From positions 1 to 33,718 of the forward strand of contig JTLS01000082.1 in the NCBI GenBank assembly GCA_000826855.1: a DNA stretch of 33,718 nt. The letters are read 5' to 3'. Numbering within the stretch: the first letter of the stretch is position 1; each line of letters opens with the position of its first letter. The stretch comes from Basidioascus undulatus (lineage: Eukaryota). The translations under genes were made by a program, and so were the position numbers. Under the pieces are notes generated by a model. That model searched no databases. It had not been told where the DNA came from and worked only from the letters and a program-made list of their open reading frames with translations. Below, one piece after another: positions 23,261 to 33,718 of this stretch.

Positions 23261-24017
23261 GATACCCTGCCTGCAAAAGGTGCGAAGAGAAGTCAAGCGA
23301 AGGGAAATCAAGGCGTAATGTGAAGAGGCGGCTCGACTACTCAAACGCGGCCCCTGCCGCGCTGACAGCTCCGCCGGCCAGAAATACGCGAAGGGTCTGC
23401 GGCAAAAATTGCGTATTTTCTGGACGTGCTGCTCGAAGAGCAGTGCATATTGAAAGAGGAGCAGAGAAATGCGGTTGAGCACATAAAAGCTTACCTCGAC
23501 AGTGTTGAACGTCAAGACAGCAGACATGCAACGAGCGGAGTGCTGCGGGCTGCCAAAGCAAGCCCACTTCGCGCCCGGAGGCCCACTGATAGCGTCGACG
23601 AAGAATACTCGCCCTTCCCAAACAACTGAATGTCAATCAAAACAACGAGGCTGCTGCCAACTGAGAAAACATAGCAAAACCGCTGCATTGTAGCAAACGA
23701 ACAGACTCTAGGAACGCGCAATAAAGCTAATAGAACGCGATCGAGCAGCGAAGGAATATCGTCGTAGGTTGGTTTTTGTTTTTGTAACATAAACATCAAC
23801 ATGGAGGAGTAAAGTACGCTGAGTGAAGTCGTGAGAGAGAGAGAGGGAGAGATGCGATAAGAAAGACATAGCAGATGCGAATGCGACCGGAAGTTAAGGC
23901 GAGACGAGAAGAATGCGACATGGCATGGCAAAGGACATGATGGGAAAGCGAAGATTGGGTGAAAGAAGAGAGACGGGACGCAGAGGGAGAGGAAAGAGGG
24001 CTAACACCGGGGTAGGT

Positions 24018-25578
24018 TTACTCCGGCGCGAACGAGTAGATGCGCACTTCGTGGTCGTCGCCGGCAGAGACGATGCGGTCTCCGCCGAGCTGGACGGCCG
24101 TGACGGCGCCGGCGTGGCCGACGAGCGTCGAGAGGCACTTGCCCGTGTCGCTGTCCCAGATCTGTGCGGGTGCAAGCGCGGTCAGTCCTATGTCGCGGCC
24201 CGCAAAGGGTAGATGAATATAAAAAGACCAAACTCACTTTGATCGTGCGGTCGTGTGAGGTCGAGACGATTCGGAGGCGGTCGGCATCGACGGCCCAGAC
24301 GCCCTCGATGTGTCCGAAGAGCGTCTTGGTGCACCGCCCCGTGGCGACGTCCCACTGCTTGATGGTGTTGTCGAGCGCGCCGGAGAGGAGCATGGGCACG
24401 GGGCCCGAGTCGAGGAGGTCGCTCGTCCTCGCCGAGTTGGGCGCGCGCTTGGGCGGGGAGCCCACAGGCAAGCTCGGCTGGTGGACGTACGAGCGCGCGA
24501 ACGTCGGCGTCTGGGGGACGAGGCCGTTCGCGTGCGGGTCACCAAACGTGAGCGGCGGTGCAGGGGTCCCGAATAACGGCCCGTCCTGCTGCATGAGCGC
24601 CTGCCCAGCGGCCTCGAAGCCGGGGTAGGAGGAGGAGGCGCCGAGCTGCTCGTTCGGGCTCGGCGTGGGCGCGGCGAAGACGCGCTCGGGCGGGCGCTCC
24701 TCGTCGTCGCAGCTGTTGGCGACCGTGGAGCGGTCGACCATGATGACCTTGATACACTGCACCTGCCCGACGTGGCCCTCGAAGACGCGCACGCACTCGC
24801 GCGTCGCGAGCGACCACAGCCGGATCGTCCCGTCGTCTGAGGCGGAGAAGAGCATCTTGGACGCTTCCAAGATCGGGTCGAGCTCGGGGTTCGATGAGCT
24901 CGGCGTGCAGCCGGTCGAGTTCTGCCCGTCCCAGAGCTGGACCGAGTTGACCCAGTCGCGGTGGCCGCGCAGCGTGAAGCAGTCGCCAGTCTTGAACCTG
25001 TGGCGGAGGAGTCAAGTCAGTCTCATTTTGCATTTGAGATACACCGTGAAGAAAGAAACACACCGCCAGACTTTGATTGTCGCATCAGCGGACCCGCTGG
25101 CGAGCACGGTCTTGTCGTAGTTGAGGCAAACGACGCCGTCCGAGTGCCCCTCGAGCGTGCGGATGCACTCGCCCGTTCGCCAATTCTGCACGCAGACATT
25201 TCTTCGTTAGCATGTGCGACAGCTGGAACCCTAGAAAGGGATCCGACGCACCCAAATCTTCAACGTCCGGTCCATGCTGCCCGTGATGAGCTTCGCCTCG
25301 TCGAACTGGAGCGCGCGGACGCCGCGTGTGTGCCCGCGCAGCACGTCGACCTGCTCGCCCGTGTCGAGGTTCCAGACGCGCGCGGTGCGGTCGTAGGAGC
25401 CGGTGATGAGGACAGGGAAGGGGTGGCTGTTCTCGTCGAACTGGAGGCACATCACGCCCTCGGTGTGGCCCGACAGCGTCCGGATCGTACATCGCCCGCG
25501 GCGCCAGTTGCGTTCGATGAGAAGGCGCTCGGTGTAGACGGCCTTCCAGGGGCGGGTGAGCGAGTGCGAGGGGCGTGA
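24018..25578 (-). pseudogene. MET30: WD40 half of the Met30/SconB F-box protein; N-terminus, F-box and promoter missing
   Basis: TRPWKAVYTERLLIERNWRRGRCTIRTLSGHTEGVMCLQF...LITGSYDRT...[28 protein letters not shown]...FTLRGHRDWVNSV...SASDDGTIRLW...LFGHIEGVWAVDAD...IYSFAPE* (TAA 24020-24018). Three in-phase introns and no internal lesion seen. It abuts NOP12 exon 4 directly. Confidence 0.88.
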
Positions 25579-27253
25579 GGGGGGGCGGCTTTGCAGCGCG
25601 AGAGACGCAGCTTGCGGTGCAACAGCTTGAGCTTTTCCTGAGGGAGGATGAGCAGCTCGTCGACTGAGTCGGTGTCCTGTCGTGCGCCACGCCGGGATCA
25701 GCATCTCTTGGCTCTGAAAAGGGACGCAAGACGCGAGGTGGAAGGAAGAGGGTAGGACGTACCACAAACAAAACATAGCCAAAGCCCTTCCCCATCTGCG
25801 TCGCCCCGTCGCGGATCAACCGGACGTCCTCGACCCATGCCTTCTTCCCCTCCGGCTGGCCCCTCTCCTCCACCACCAGCGCCTCAAAGAACGCGCGGAC
25901 GTCCTCCTCCTTCGCGGCGTAGTCCACCCCGCCCACGAAGAGCGAGCGCCTCGCGCGCTGGGGGTCGGTGTGCCACGCGACACGGGCCTTGCCCTCGACC
26001 TTGCCCGCCTTGGACGTGACGCGATCGACGCGGAGCGTGCGGCCCTCAAAGACCGTCCCGTGAGCGTTCTCCACGACCTTCGCAGCCACCTCCTCGGGGT
26101 GCCATGCGCCCTCCGGGGCGCCGGGGCGCGGGTGCGCGAGGACGACGTACGCGTTGACGGACCCCGCCTCCGCGTGCAGCTCGCCCTTGATGAACGCCGC
26201 CTTGCGCTTCTCCCGCGGGTTCTGGTACGTCTTCCCCTCCCGCAAAGCGACCTCGTCGCGGTAGCGCTTCGCGCGCTCCGCACCGTGCGTCGCCGCGGCG
26301 ACCGCGGCAGAGGCAGCGGCGGAGGATTTCTGAGAGGCGGAGGTGGGCACGGAGAAGGCGACGGAGCGGAAGCGGATGGACTCGTGCTTTGCGTGCGCGG
26401 ACGAGGGGAGTGTAGAGAGCAGGTGGCGGACGAGGGACTTGGTGAGGGACTGTGGGGTGGACCGACAGAGATGAGAATGAGGGAAGACGAGTAAGCGGGG
26501 AGGAGGAAACGCACCTTGGACTTGCATACCTCCACACCGACGTTCCCGACGAACACGGTCCGCGCATCGCGCTGCTCGGGCGTCTCGTCCGCGGGCACGA
26601 ACTTCTTCGCCTTTGTCTTCTCGTTCTTGTCGCCCTGCTTCTCCGCCGGCGCCTCCTCTTCGACCTCCTCCCCCTCGTTTCCCGCATCCACCAGCTCCTC
26701 GACCTCCTCCTCCTCGTCCGTGTCCAGATCCCGCCCAAGCTCCTTCGCGAACTCCTCCAGCGCGGCGTCGTCCACCTCGTCGTCGTCGTCGGCGTCAGCA
26801 GCCGCAGCGGGCTTCGCCTTCTTGCTGGATGCGGGCGAGGCAATCGTCACCGCCTTGCGCTTCTTATCGGAAGACGGGGCAGCGGCCGGAGCGGCGGGTG
26901 CGGGGGTGGTGACGGCGGGCGGAGGGGGAAGTTTGGAGGGGCCGGCCTGCGGGTGAAGGGTCAGCCTCAGAGCGTACGGCGGCCTGGAGCGGCTTAGAAG
27001 ATGACCCGCCACGCACCGAGTGCTTGAAGATATCATCCAGCCCACTATCCTTCTCCGTCGCGACCCCAAACAAGAATCCCGACAGCGCCCCGCCGGCAGT
27101 CGCGCTCGCGGCCGGCGCGGGTGCAGCAGCAGGTTCAGCGGGTTCGGGAGCGGCCTTACCCTTCTTGTCCTTCTTGTCCTTTTTGGTCTTCTTGGAGGAC
27201 TTGTCCTTCTTGAACAACTTCGGCGGCTTAATGGGCGTGGTAGAGTCCGACAT
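25452..27253 (-). CDS. NOP12: Nucleolar two-RRM protein Nop12 (RBM34 family), apparently with its native C-terminal tail replaced
   Basis: Lys-rich N-terminus; ETPEQRDARTVFVGNV, ESIRFRSVAFS, KAAFIKGELH..SVNAYVV, FEGRTLRVD, RSLFVGGVDY, VRLIRDGATQMGKGFGYVLF|DTDSVDELL...KLRLSRCK. Exons 27253-27017, 26946-26515, 26449-25763, 25676-25452. The last ~42 codons are an alternative frame of the MET30 sequence. Confidence 0.9.
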
Positions 27254-28503
27254 GGCGATAAAGCGGCGGAGATGGGTTTGGGTAGCGGTCAAGCCGGGAA
27301 GCACAACTTTCTCGCGTGAAGGTGTAGTGATTCCCACGCACCATCCGCGGCCCGGGTAAGAATTCCGTGCAGACAAGAGCAAGGAGGAGGACGCACCACA
27401 CTTGATGCGCTGCAGGGATCCTGCAGAAACGAATACAAGTGATCGAAACTTTCTCCCGGATGCTGAAGTCCCCAAACCCTGCTGATGAAGTCCGTGGAGC
27501 TGGCGTTGGAAATCGTCGAACGTCGACGCTCGCAGTTATCACATCTTCACTGCGGCAGTCCGAGGAAGTATGTCGAGCATGAGAGTATGCCACAGGACAT
27601 TGATTGCAATTTAGTAGTATAATTCTTGTACAATCCCCCTACTTTCTGACAACGTTGCAAAAGGGGATATCGCGCATCCCAGGTGCTTCACACCTGCCGG
27701 GTGGAGGGGATCCGTCTGCCCAAAAGCAACATTTAAGCTTCCAAAGTCCTAACCATGCGCTATACAGGAGATCGACCACCATTCTTGTGAACCAAGAGCG
27801 GGTTACGGACGCCTATTTGTGCGCGTCCACCACAGACTGCCCTCGTGCCTGCAGCCTCCGTCCACACCCAAGCGATGGTGATCACGTCAAGATAAGAAGG
27901 ACCATTTGAAGATTCTCTTGGGATAGCAATTTGTCTTTAACACGACTTCTGACTTCAATTCTTGGGGTTGCTTGCAAACAAAGTGGACATGGTTGGAAAT
28001 TCCGCCGGCAGAGAGATTCAGAAGCGCCATGAAGGTGAGAATGTCGGCCTCTTCAAAGCACGCGGTGAGATTATCAACTTTCATGCTCGATATTCGGGGC
28101 AACCAGAAAGCGCAAAAGACTCATCATATTCTGACGGACGGATTGAGCCTTCGTGCGCCCGCGAGCCGGCCGGAGCGCTGGATCGCACAGCGCCAGCGCT
28201 TGCCAGGAACTTGTGGACGTATTGGTGGACGCGACACCTCATGCTCAAGAGCCGCACTGCTCCCAAACTGCAATTTGGTTCCGGACGCACCGCTCATGAC
28301 TGTCGGCCTTCATGGCAGGAGGATCTCGGCGGCAGGGCTGGGCTGATGGCCGCATTGTCGCCGAGGGCGCATGTTCCTCGCGCATATCCAACATCGTCGT
28401 CTTCCCGAATCCTATAAAGCAAAGAACCACGCTGATCTTTGACCCCCAGATACCCCTCCCACTAGCCACCCACATACCTCCGACTCTCCCTCAAAGCCTC
28501 ACA

Positions 28504-30110
28504 ATGCATATCCCCATTCTCCTCGCCCTCACCCTCGCTCTCACCCAGACCCTCGCTGCGCCCTCCCAAAAAAACTGCCCCTCCACCGCAATCGCCCCGA
28601 ATGGCGCAAGCTCCCGCACGCGCAGAAGGCGCGGTACATGTCCGCGCTGAAGTGCACGGTCAGCGCCCCCACGCTGGCGCTTGACGGTGTGCCGCAGGTC
28701 GGGCGGTACGAGGATTTCGTTTGGATTCACGAGTGGTTGGGGCAGACGATCCATTGGGTCGCAGAGGTCAGTGGTCTCTCTCTTGGTCGCTTTCCGTCAA
28801 AGGTATCGCTGACAACGTGGTGTGGAATGCTTCGCAGTTTCTGCCGTGGCACTGCGTGTAAGTCTTCACACCCCCCTCCGACCTGGCAAAGATCGACTCA
28901 CACCCTATGCTTTTTGTTCACGACAGCTTCCTCTACCTCTTTTACCAGGAGCTCAAGGCGTGCGGGTACGACGCGAGCTGCCGTACCAGGCATGGGACAG
29001 GGACTGGGAGGATCTCAGCCAGAGCCCTGTCTTCGGCCCCGACCCGGAGACGCAGTTTGGTTCGATCGACTACGACGATCCTTCGAAGCCTTTTAGTGAG
29101 CCCTGATATCTTTTCTAGGGCTCAATTTACGTCGCTGACAATGGCGGCGGTTTAACAGACGCGTCTGTGGTCCAGGATGGGGTGTTTGCGAATCACTTTA
29201 TCAACTTCCCGTGAGTTCTTGGCTTTAATCAGCTCTTGAAAGGAGGGAGAAACTGAAAAGGTTTTCGACAGCTTCCCTCATTATCTCGGACGCAACCTCG
29301 GCAGCACCCGGTCGGACACGCCGAATGACAACTGTACTTCTACGGCTAGTCGGTGTTGCCGCTGGTCTTTCTGCTCAACTACAACAACGATCTGACCATG
29401 CTCCTTTGACCGTACAGCAACACCACGGCTATGGAAAGAGTGCTCGCGCTCGACAACTTTGTCGACTTCAGCCAGAATCTTGAAGGTGCGGGCGCTCCGC
29501 AGCGATCGAGCGACCAACTCGTTCACGCAAACAAAGTGTTGAGTGTATGGAGCTTTCCGAATCAGGCTTCTTCGCCACAGAGCCCGGCTTCACCAACGCC
29601 GGTCCGCATGGGGCTATCCACGTCGTCTTCCGAGGAGACCACAGCACGGTCGGCCTCAATGTGTGACTTCTCCTCCCACCTCTTGTCACTTTCTCACCGG
29701 GTAGACTGATCACACAGAACTCAGCTCCCAACGACCCGCGCTTCTACCCTCGTGCGCATCACATATACCCCCGCACCTTTTACAGCTTCACTTACTTTTG
29801 TGTCCTACTCGCCAGACCACACCAACGTCGACCGGTTCTGGGTGACCTGGCAAGGCAGCAACGCGACTCGCCTGACCGACTACGGCGGGAACACCGAGTT
29901 CAACATGTCTGCAGGCCTGAGATATGGGCGTCCAGCGCAAATCAGAGACGATCTGACCTTTGCGGGGCTCACTACCGTGAAGGTAGTCGACGCGATGGAC
30001 ACAAAGTGAGTGGGCTGCGTTTGTGCGCGACGGATAGAGCGTTGGACGGGTGTGACCTGACGCCTCATGTACAAACTACAGAGCCTGGCCGTAGTGCTAC
30101 ACTTACTGGA
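28504..30110 (+). pseudogene. Secreted tyrosinase-like di-copper-centre protein pseudogene
   Basis: Signal peptide MHIPILLALTLALTQTLAAP. CuA region RYEDFVWIH...IHWVAE|FLPWH; CuB region GPHGAIHVV..SAPNDPRFYP|HHTNVDRFWVTWQ; terminal MDT..CYTY. Lesions: 1-nt deletions at ~28594 (I-R-PEWR) and ~28972 (GYD-G-ELPY), WHR changed to WHC, and TAG 30092-30094. Confidence 0.88.
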
Positions 30111-30264
30111 AGTTTGCTCCTGGTTTGAACGTGCTCCCTTGCTTCGATAGTAGCTTCTGAACCCTGGGCTCTTTGCTTCCTCTTCATATGCCTCGATGCC
30201 ACTCTCGCATTGTCGCATGTGCTTGCAGATATGTGTCAGAAGGGGCTCCTCATTTAACCACTGT

Positions 30265-30809
30265 ATGCCAGCCGTGCTGGAAGGTCTTGATGCCTTTGAT
30301 CCTGCTCGATCTCCAGTCCTAACCGCCATCCCCTCCAATAAGCGGAACCCCACAGGAAGGCGGTGCACGCTCCGCTCGCTCTCGGCCGCCCGCGGCACGC
30401 AATTCCACCCCGAGTCTGAGGACGGTCAATCAACCGCAGCTCCCGCGCACCAAGTTCGCGATGGAGGAGACGATCCCTGTGCTCGGCAGGCTCATCAAGA
30501 ACAGGGTGCAGATCGAGGGATCGCAGACGGAGGACCGCGAGGGAAAGTGCTGCCTGTACGAGAGCATCGCGGTCAAGCAGGGTATTGCCATTTGGAAGTT
30601 TAGAGATCTTGAGGAGGTGGAAGGTGGGGAGGCGACGAAGTTGACGGAGAGGATCGAGGGACACTGTCCGGGATGGATGAGGTGGATCGTCGAGAGGGAG
30701 TGCAGGAGCGCGCATCTGTACGTGCTCAGTTTCAGCGTGGTCTTGCGTAGATGATGGACGGCAGGAGGGCAGAGCGCACATGGAGAAATACCATACGCTG
30801 TTTGAGTAG
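30265..30809 (+). pseudogene. DUF7053-like fungal protein with a disrupted or unresolved 5' end
   Basis: RTKFAMEETIPVLGRLIKNRVQIEG...LYES...GIAIWKFRDLEEVEGGEATKLTERIEGHCPGWMRWIVERE...AHL|AHMEKYHTLFE* (intron from GTACGT ~30718; TAG 30807-30809). Upstream frames do not join cleanly. Family assignment is from recall only. Confidence 0.5.
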
Positions 30810-31609
30810 AAATTTCGGTAGCATGGACGGTTTGGGCACACTTCCGGCTATGAAGCTACGCTTGATACCCATTTTGACTGTGGACGCAGTGCGTAGACAT
30901 TGCCTGCGCCCCTACAGGCTCAGCCGCGTCCTTCAGTATTTTTTTTTAATCGTGCATCCCTTGCCGTAAGATACAGAATATTCCAAACACTGAGCGACCC
31001 CGGGGTTCTGTTTGATTTATGGTCATCCTGAGAACTGCTGAGTTGAAAGTTGAAACGCTGCCCGTCGGCGCTCGAGAGCATCTTCGTTCACCACCGGCAA
31101 TCGCTACCAGGTTATGAACCTAGAAGCACAGAATTGAGGTTATTTAGCGAGACACCCTCGATACGTGTATTGACTTCAGAACGAAGGCCTGTGGCATTTG
31201 CACTGAAGCGACTCATTGCGTCGGATTCTCGCATCAGCAGACAAGTTCCCTAAGGGCTTGAAGAATCAATGCGGTTCGCAGGCTGAGGTACCGACCGACC
31301 GCTGTCTCGTTTATGCAGAACCCGGTCCGTCCGACGTCGGCACCTTCGCCCGCCCCTGGTTGTCCTCACCCATCATCACCCATCTCCACCGACCTTGCCT
31401 TTCGAGAAATCACTCCAGCTGCCTCTTCTCTTCCATTCGGTCGACATCTATCACCGGTTTCTTGAGTTTTCCTGTCAGCTGCCGGAAGGGATCAGCCGTG
31501 GGGCTGCACTTAATGGGACTGACCCTCCGTATTCCTCCGTTTGATCTGCAGATTGCGCTCGCTCGACATCAATTTGGCTTCAGCCCTTCTCATTGAGCCA
31601 TCCCCTGAT

Positions 31610-33369
31610 ATGCGAGACAGCACCCACACTTTCGCTCCTCCTGACTCCTTCGCGGCTAAGCCCAAACCGATCTCCAAGTACGGATCGAAATCGAAGTGCA
31701 ACAGGGACGAGGTCGAGGGTTTGCCCATCTCGGGAGGCAGCGCCCGTCGGAGGAAAGTCTCAGTCGAGGATAAGGTCGGTCGGATAAGGTCATGGGCGGA
31801 GGCGCTCCCCGCAGGGCAAGGTAACGCGGACGTGGACGGGGCGACCGCAGGCTGGGGGTCACTCGAGGCGATCCCCAACCTTTCGACCACCCAGCGTCCC
31901 CAGGAGCCCTTTTCCGGCGACTCGAAGACTTTCAAACCCTCTCGGAACCGTCGTTACTTCACACGCCAGCCGCTCTCGCCTCCGATCGCGCCGAGCGCTC
32001 GCTTTCCGCTCCTCACCGCATCGAACGATCTTTCAAACCCTTTCGCATTCGCTGCTCCTCATCCCCGCCGCCCGTCTTCCAGCTTCTCTCCTGCTCTCGA
32101 CCCCATTCATACATCAATTTCCGTGATGGGTCCGCCTCTCGTCCCGGCTGTGCCACCTGCGCTGGACCTTGCACCCCAACTGCAGCGCGGACGGTCGAGC
32201 TCCGAGAGCAGGACAATGAAGGAGTCCAGCCCCGCTGGGGTAAGTCCATGTGGCGTTTCATCTTATGATATATAACCTGCTTAAACCTGGCAAAACAAGA
32301 CCCTTCCTCCCCCACCCCTACCAGTGTCGACACCCCGCGTCCCTATTGCCTGGCAACGCTCGAAGCAGCTCACGAACATTACTCCCCCTCTTGCGCTTTC
32401 GAACGTCCCGTCCCATCGAGTTACGCGATTCGCACCATGCGTGCCCTCCCCCAAGCTTGAGCAAATGAAAGTGCTCAACCCCAGCAAGCAATGTGGGCCG
32501 GAGCAAGCGCCCGTCGGATTCGACATCGCGGGGGAGGAGTGCCCGGGGAGCGCAGTGTCGCAGCCGGACTTTCAGAAGCAGGTGGACGCGGATACGTGTG
32601 AAGATGGGGAGTTCCAAGACGGTGCGTCTGGTGGTCAGAATACTTTGCGCGTGGTGGAGACGGGATACCCCAGTCTTTCGCAAGGCAGACACCGCTGCGC
32701 TGCCTCGCACTCCGTCTTGCACTCCGTTTCCTTCACGATGCTGACTTGACTGCATGGCGCTGCCCCTTCCATATCCCACCCTTACAACTTTACATATATT
32801 TTTCAGATCTAGATCAGTCACTGCCGAGCCCCACACCGACGTCCCGGCCGGCCCTTCCTGCGCATGTCGGCGCACCTCGCCAGCGCGCAGCCGTTTCTTT
32901 CGAGGACACCCCCGCGCTCGCTCAGGCCAACCAAGCGAGCAGTAACGAGCCGTCCACGCAGTCTCCTCAATCCGAGCTCCATACTCCCGCCTCGACACGT
33001 CCCCGTCGCTCCACTCCCTCAACCGCCAAGCGTACCCGGCAGGTCCGCTTTGCAGCACCGCTCGCGGAGACCCCCTCGAGCCCGGACCCTCTCGCGGAGA
33101 CCCCTAGCTTCCTCAAGAAAAAGGGTAAGTTCATCGCCCGGCCTGATCCACAGTCGCCTTCCCGCCGGCGCTCGAGCCGGAAGCGCGCGGCGAAACGCTC
33201 GCAGGGCTCGAGCTCGAGCCCGTCCACGTCGGAGTCGAGTTCGCGGCCGTCGTTCGAGATGCGGATTTTGGACGAGCCTTTGGGAAGGGATGGCGAGAGG
33301 AGCGGGGAGGAGGACGAGGATGAGCTGCTTTTGAAGGAGGGGGGGCGTAAGGCGAATGCGGACGATTAG
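31610..33369 (+). CDS. Hypothetical Ser/Pro-rich, largely disordered protein (3+ exons)
   Basis: Three consecutive long plus-strand ORFs. The first two join through a GTAAGT donor at 32240 and an AAG acceptor near 32299. The last exon follows TTTTCAG ~32806 and ends in a basic NLS-like stretch and EDEDELLLKEGGRKANADD*. Contains a LAETPS x2 internal repeat. Start codon and second donor uncertain. Confidence 0.6.
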
Positions 33370-33718
33370 GCGGTTGACATTGTGTTCGGCGGTGATGCAC
33401 GCTCATCGTGGGGCGATGCGCGTCGTGATCTTGGGACTTGGAAGCGTTCCTTGGACTCTTTATGGAAGCGTGAGGTCTCTAGATTTGTCACTTGAGGAAG
33501 AAATGTGAAGTTGCAGGTGCGACGCGACGCTGCGCAGCCGTATGCCCCACTGTGACCTGCCTGACCTGCGAGCCAGCCAACCAACCACTACTGGCAGCCA
33601 AGCCGAGCACCAAGCCTGATCTAGGACAGCCACTGAGCCGCGCTGCGGTAAAATGGGAGCAGATGCAGAAGAAAACCGATGCAATCTGAGCCGTCCCTCC
33701 ATCCCTCCATTCCTGTCT

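Noticed and set aside
25085..26527. 480-aa ORF suggesting one continuous protein across NOP12 and MET30
   Set aside because: It reads through introns and is out of frame with both genes after 25763; it is not the spliced product.
27464..27473. GAAGTCCCC resembling the RNase MRP P4 5' strand
   Set aside because: Imperfect match, and no complementary 3' P4 element was found downstream.
7999..30094. Alternative genetic code or systematic A-to-I stop correction to explain the in-frame stops
   Set aside because: TGA and TAG terminate intact genes here, at least one premature stop aligns to Gly rather than Trp, and the same genes also carry frameshifts.
12988..30110. Secondary-metabolite cluster (P450, tyrosinase, kinase)
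   Set aside because: No backbone synthase or cluster regulator; the genes are separated by housekeeping genes and are individually decayed.

Overview
Intron-rich eukaryotic DNA from a fungus, most likely a basidiomycete. This rests on GT-AG introns mostly ~50-100 nt long with CTGAC/CTAAC branch points, micro-exons and GC-rich codons. Apparently intact genes: the 5' part of an SH3-RasGEF (runs off the left end), a low-complexity hypothetical protein, HIS1, a secreted RlpA/DPBB (expansin/loosenin-like) protein, a probable KEOPS subunit Gon7, a C-terminally anchored cell-surface protein and a Ser/Pro-rich hypothetical protein. Interleaved with these are decayed accessory genes: an APH/kinase-like phosphotransferase, a small secreted peptide, a cytochrome P450, an aquaporin, a tyrosinase-like di-copper protein and a 5'-damaged DUF7053-like gene, carrying frameshifts and/or nonsense codons. 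The most striking structure is at ~25580. There a NOP12 gene runs directly, one base out of frame at a C7 tract, into the WD40 half of a MET30/sconB gene whose F-box half and promoter are absent. All gene models were read by eye; no database searches were run.
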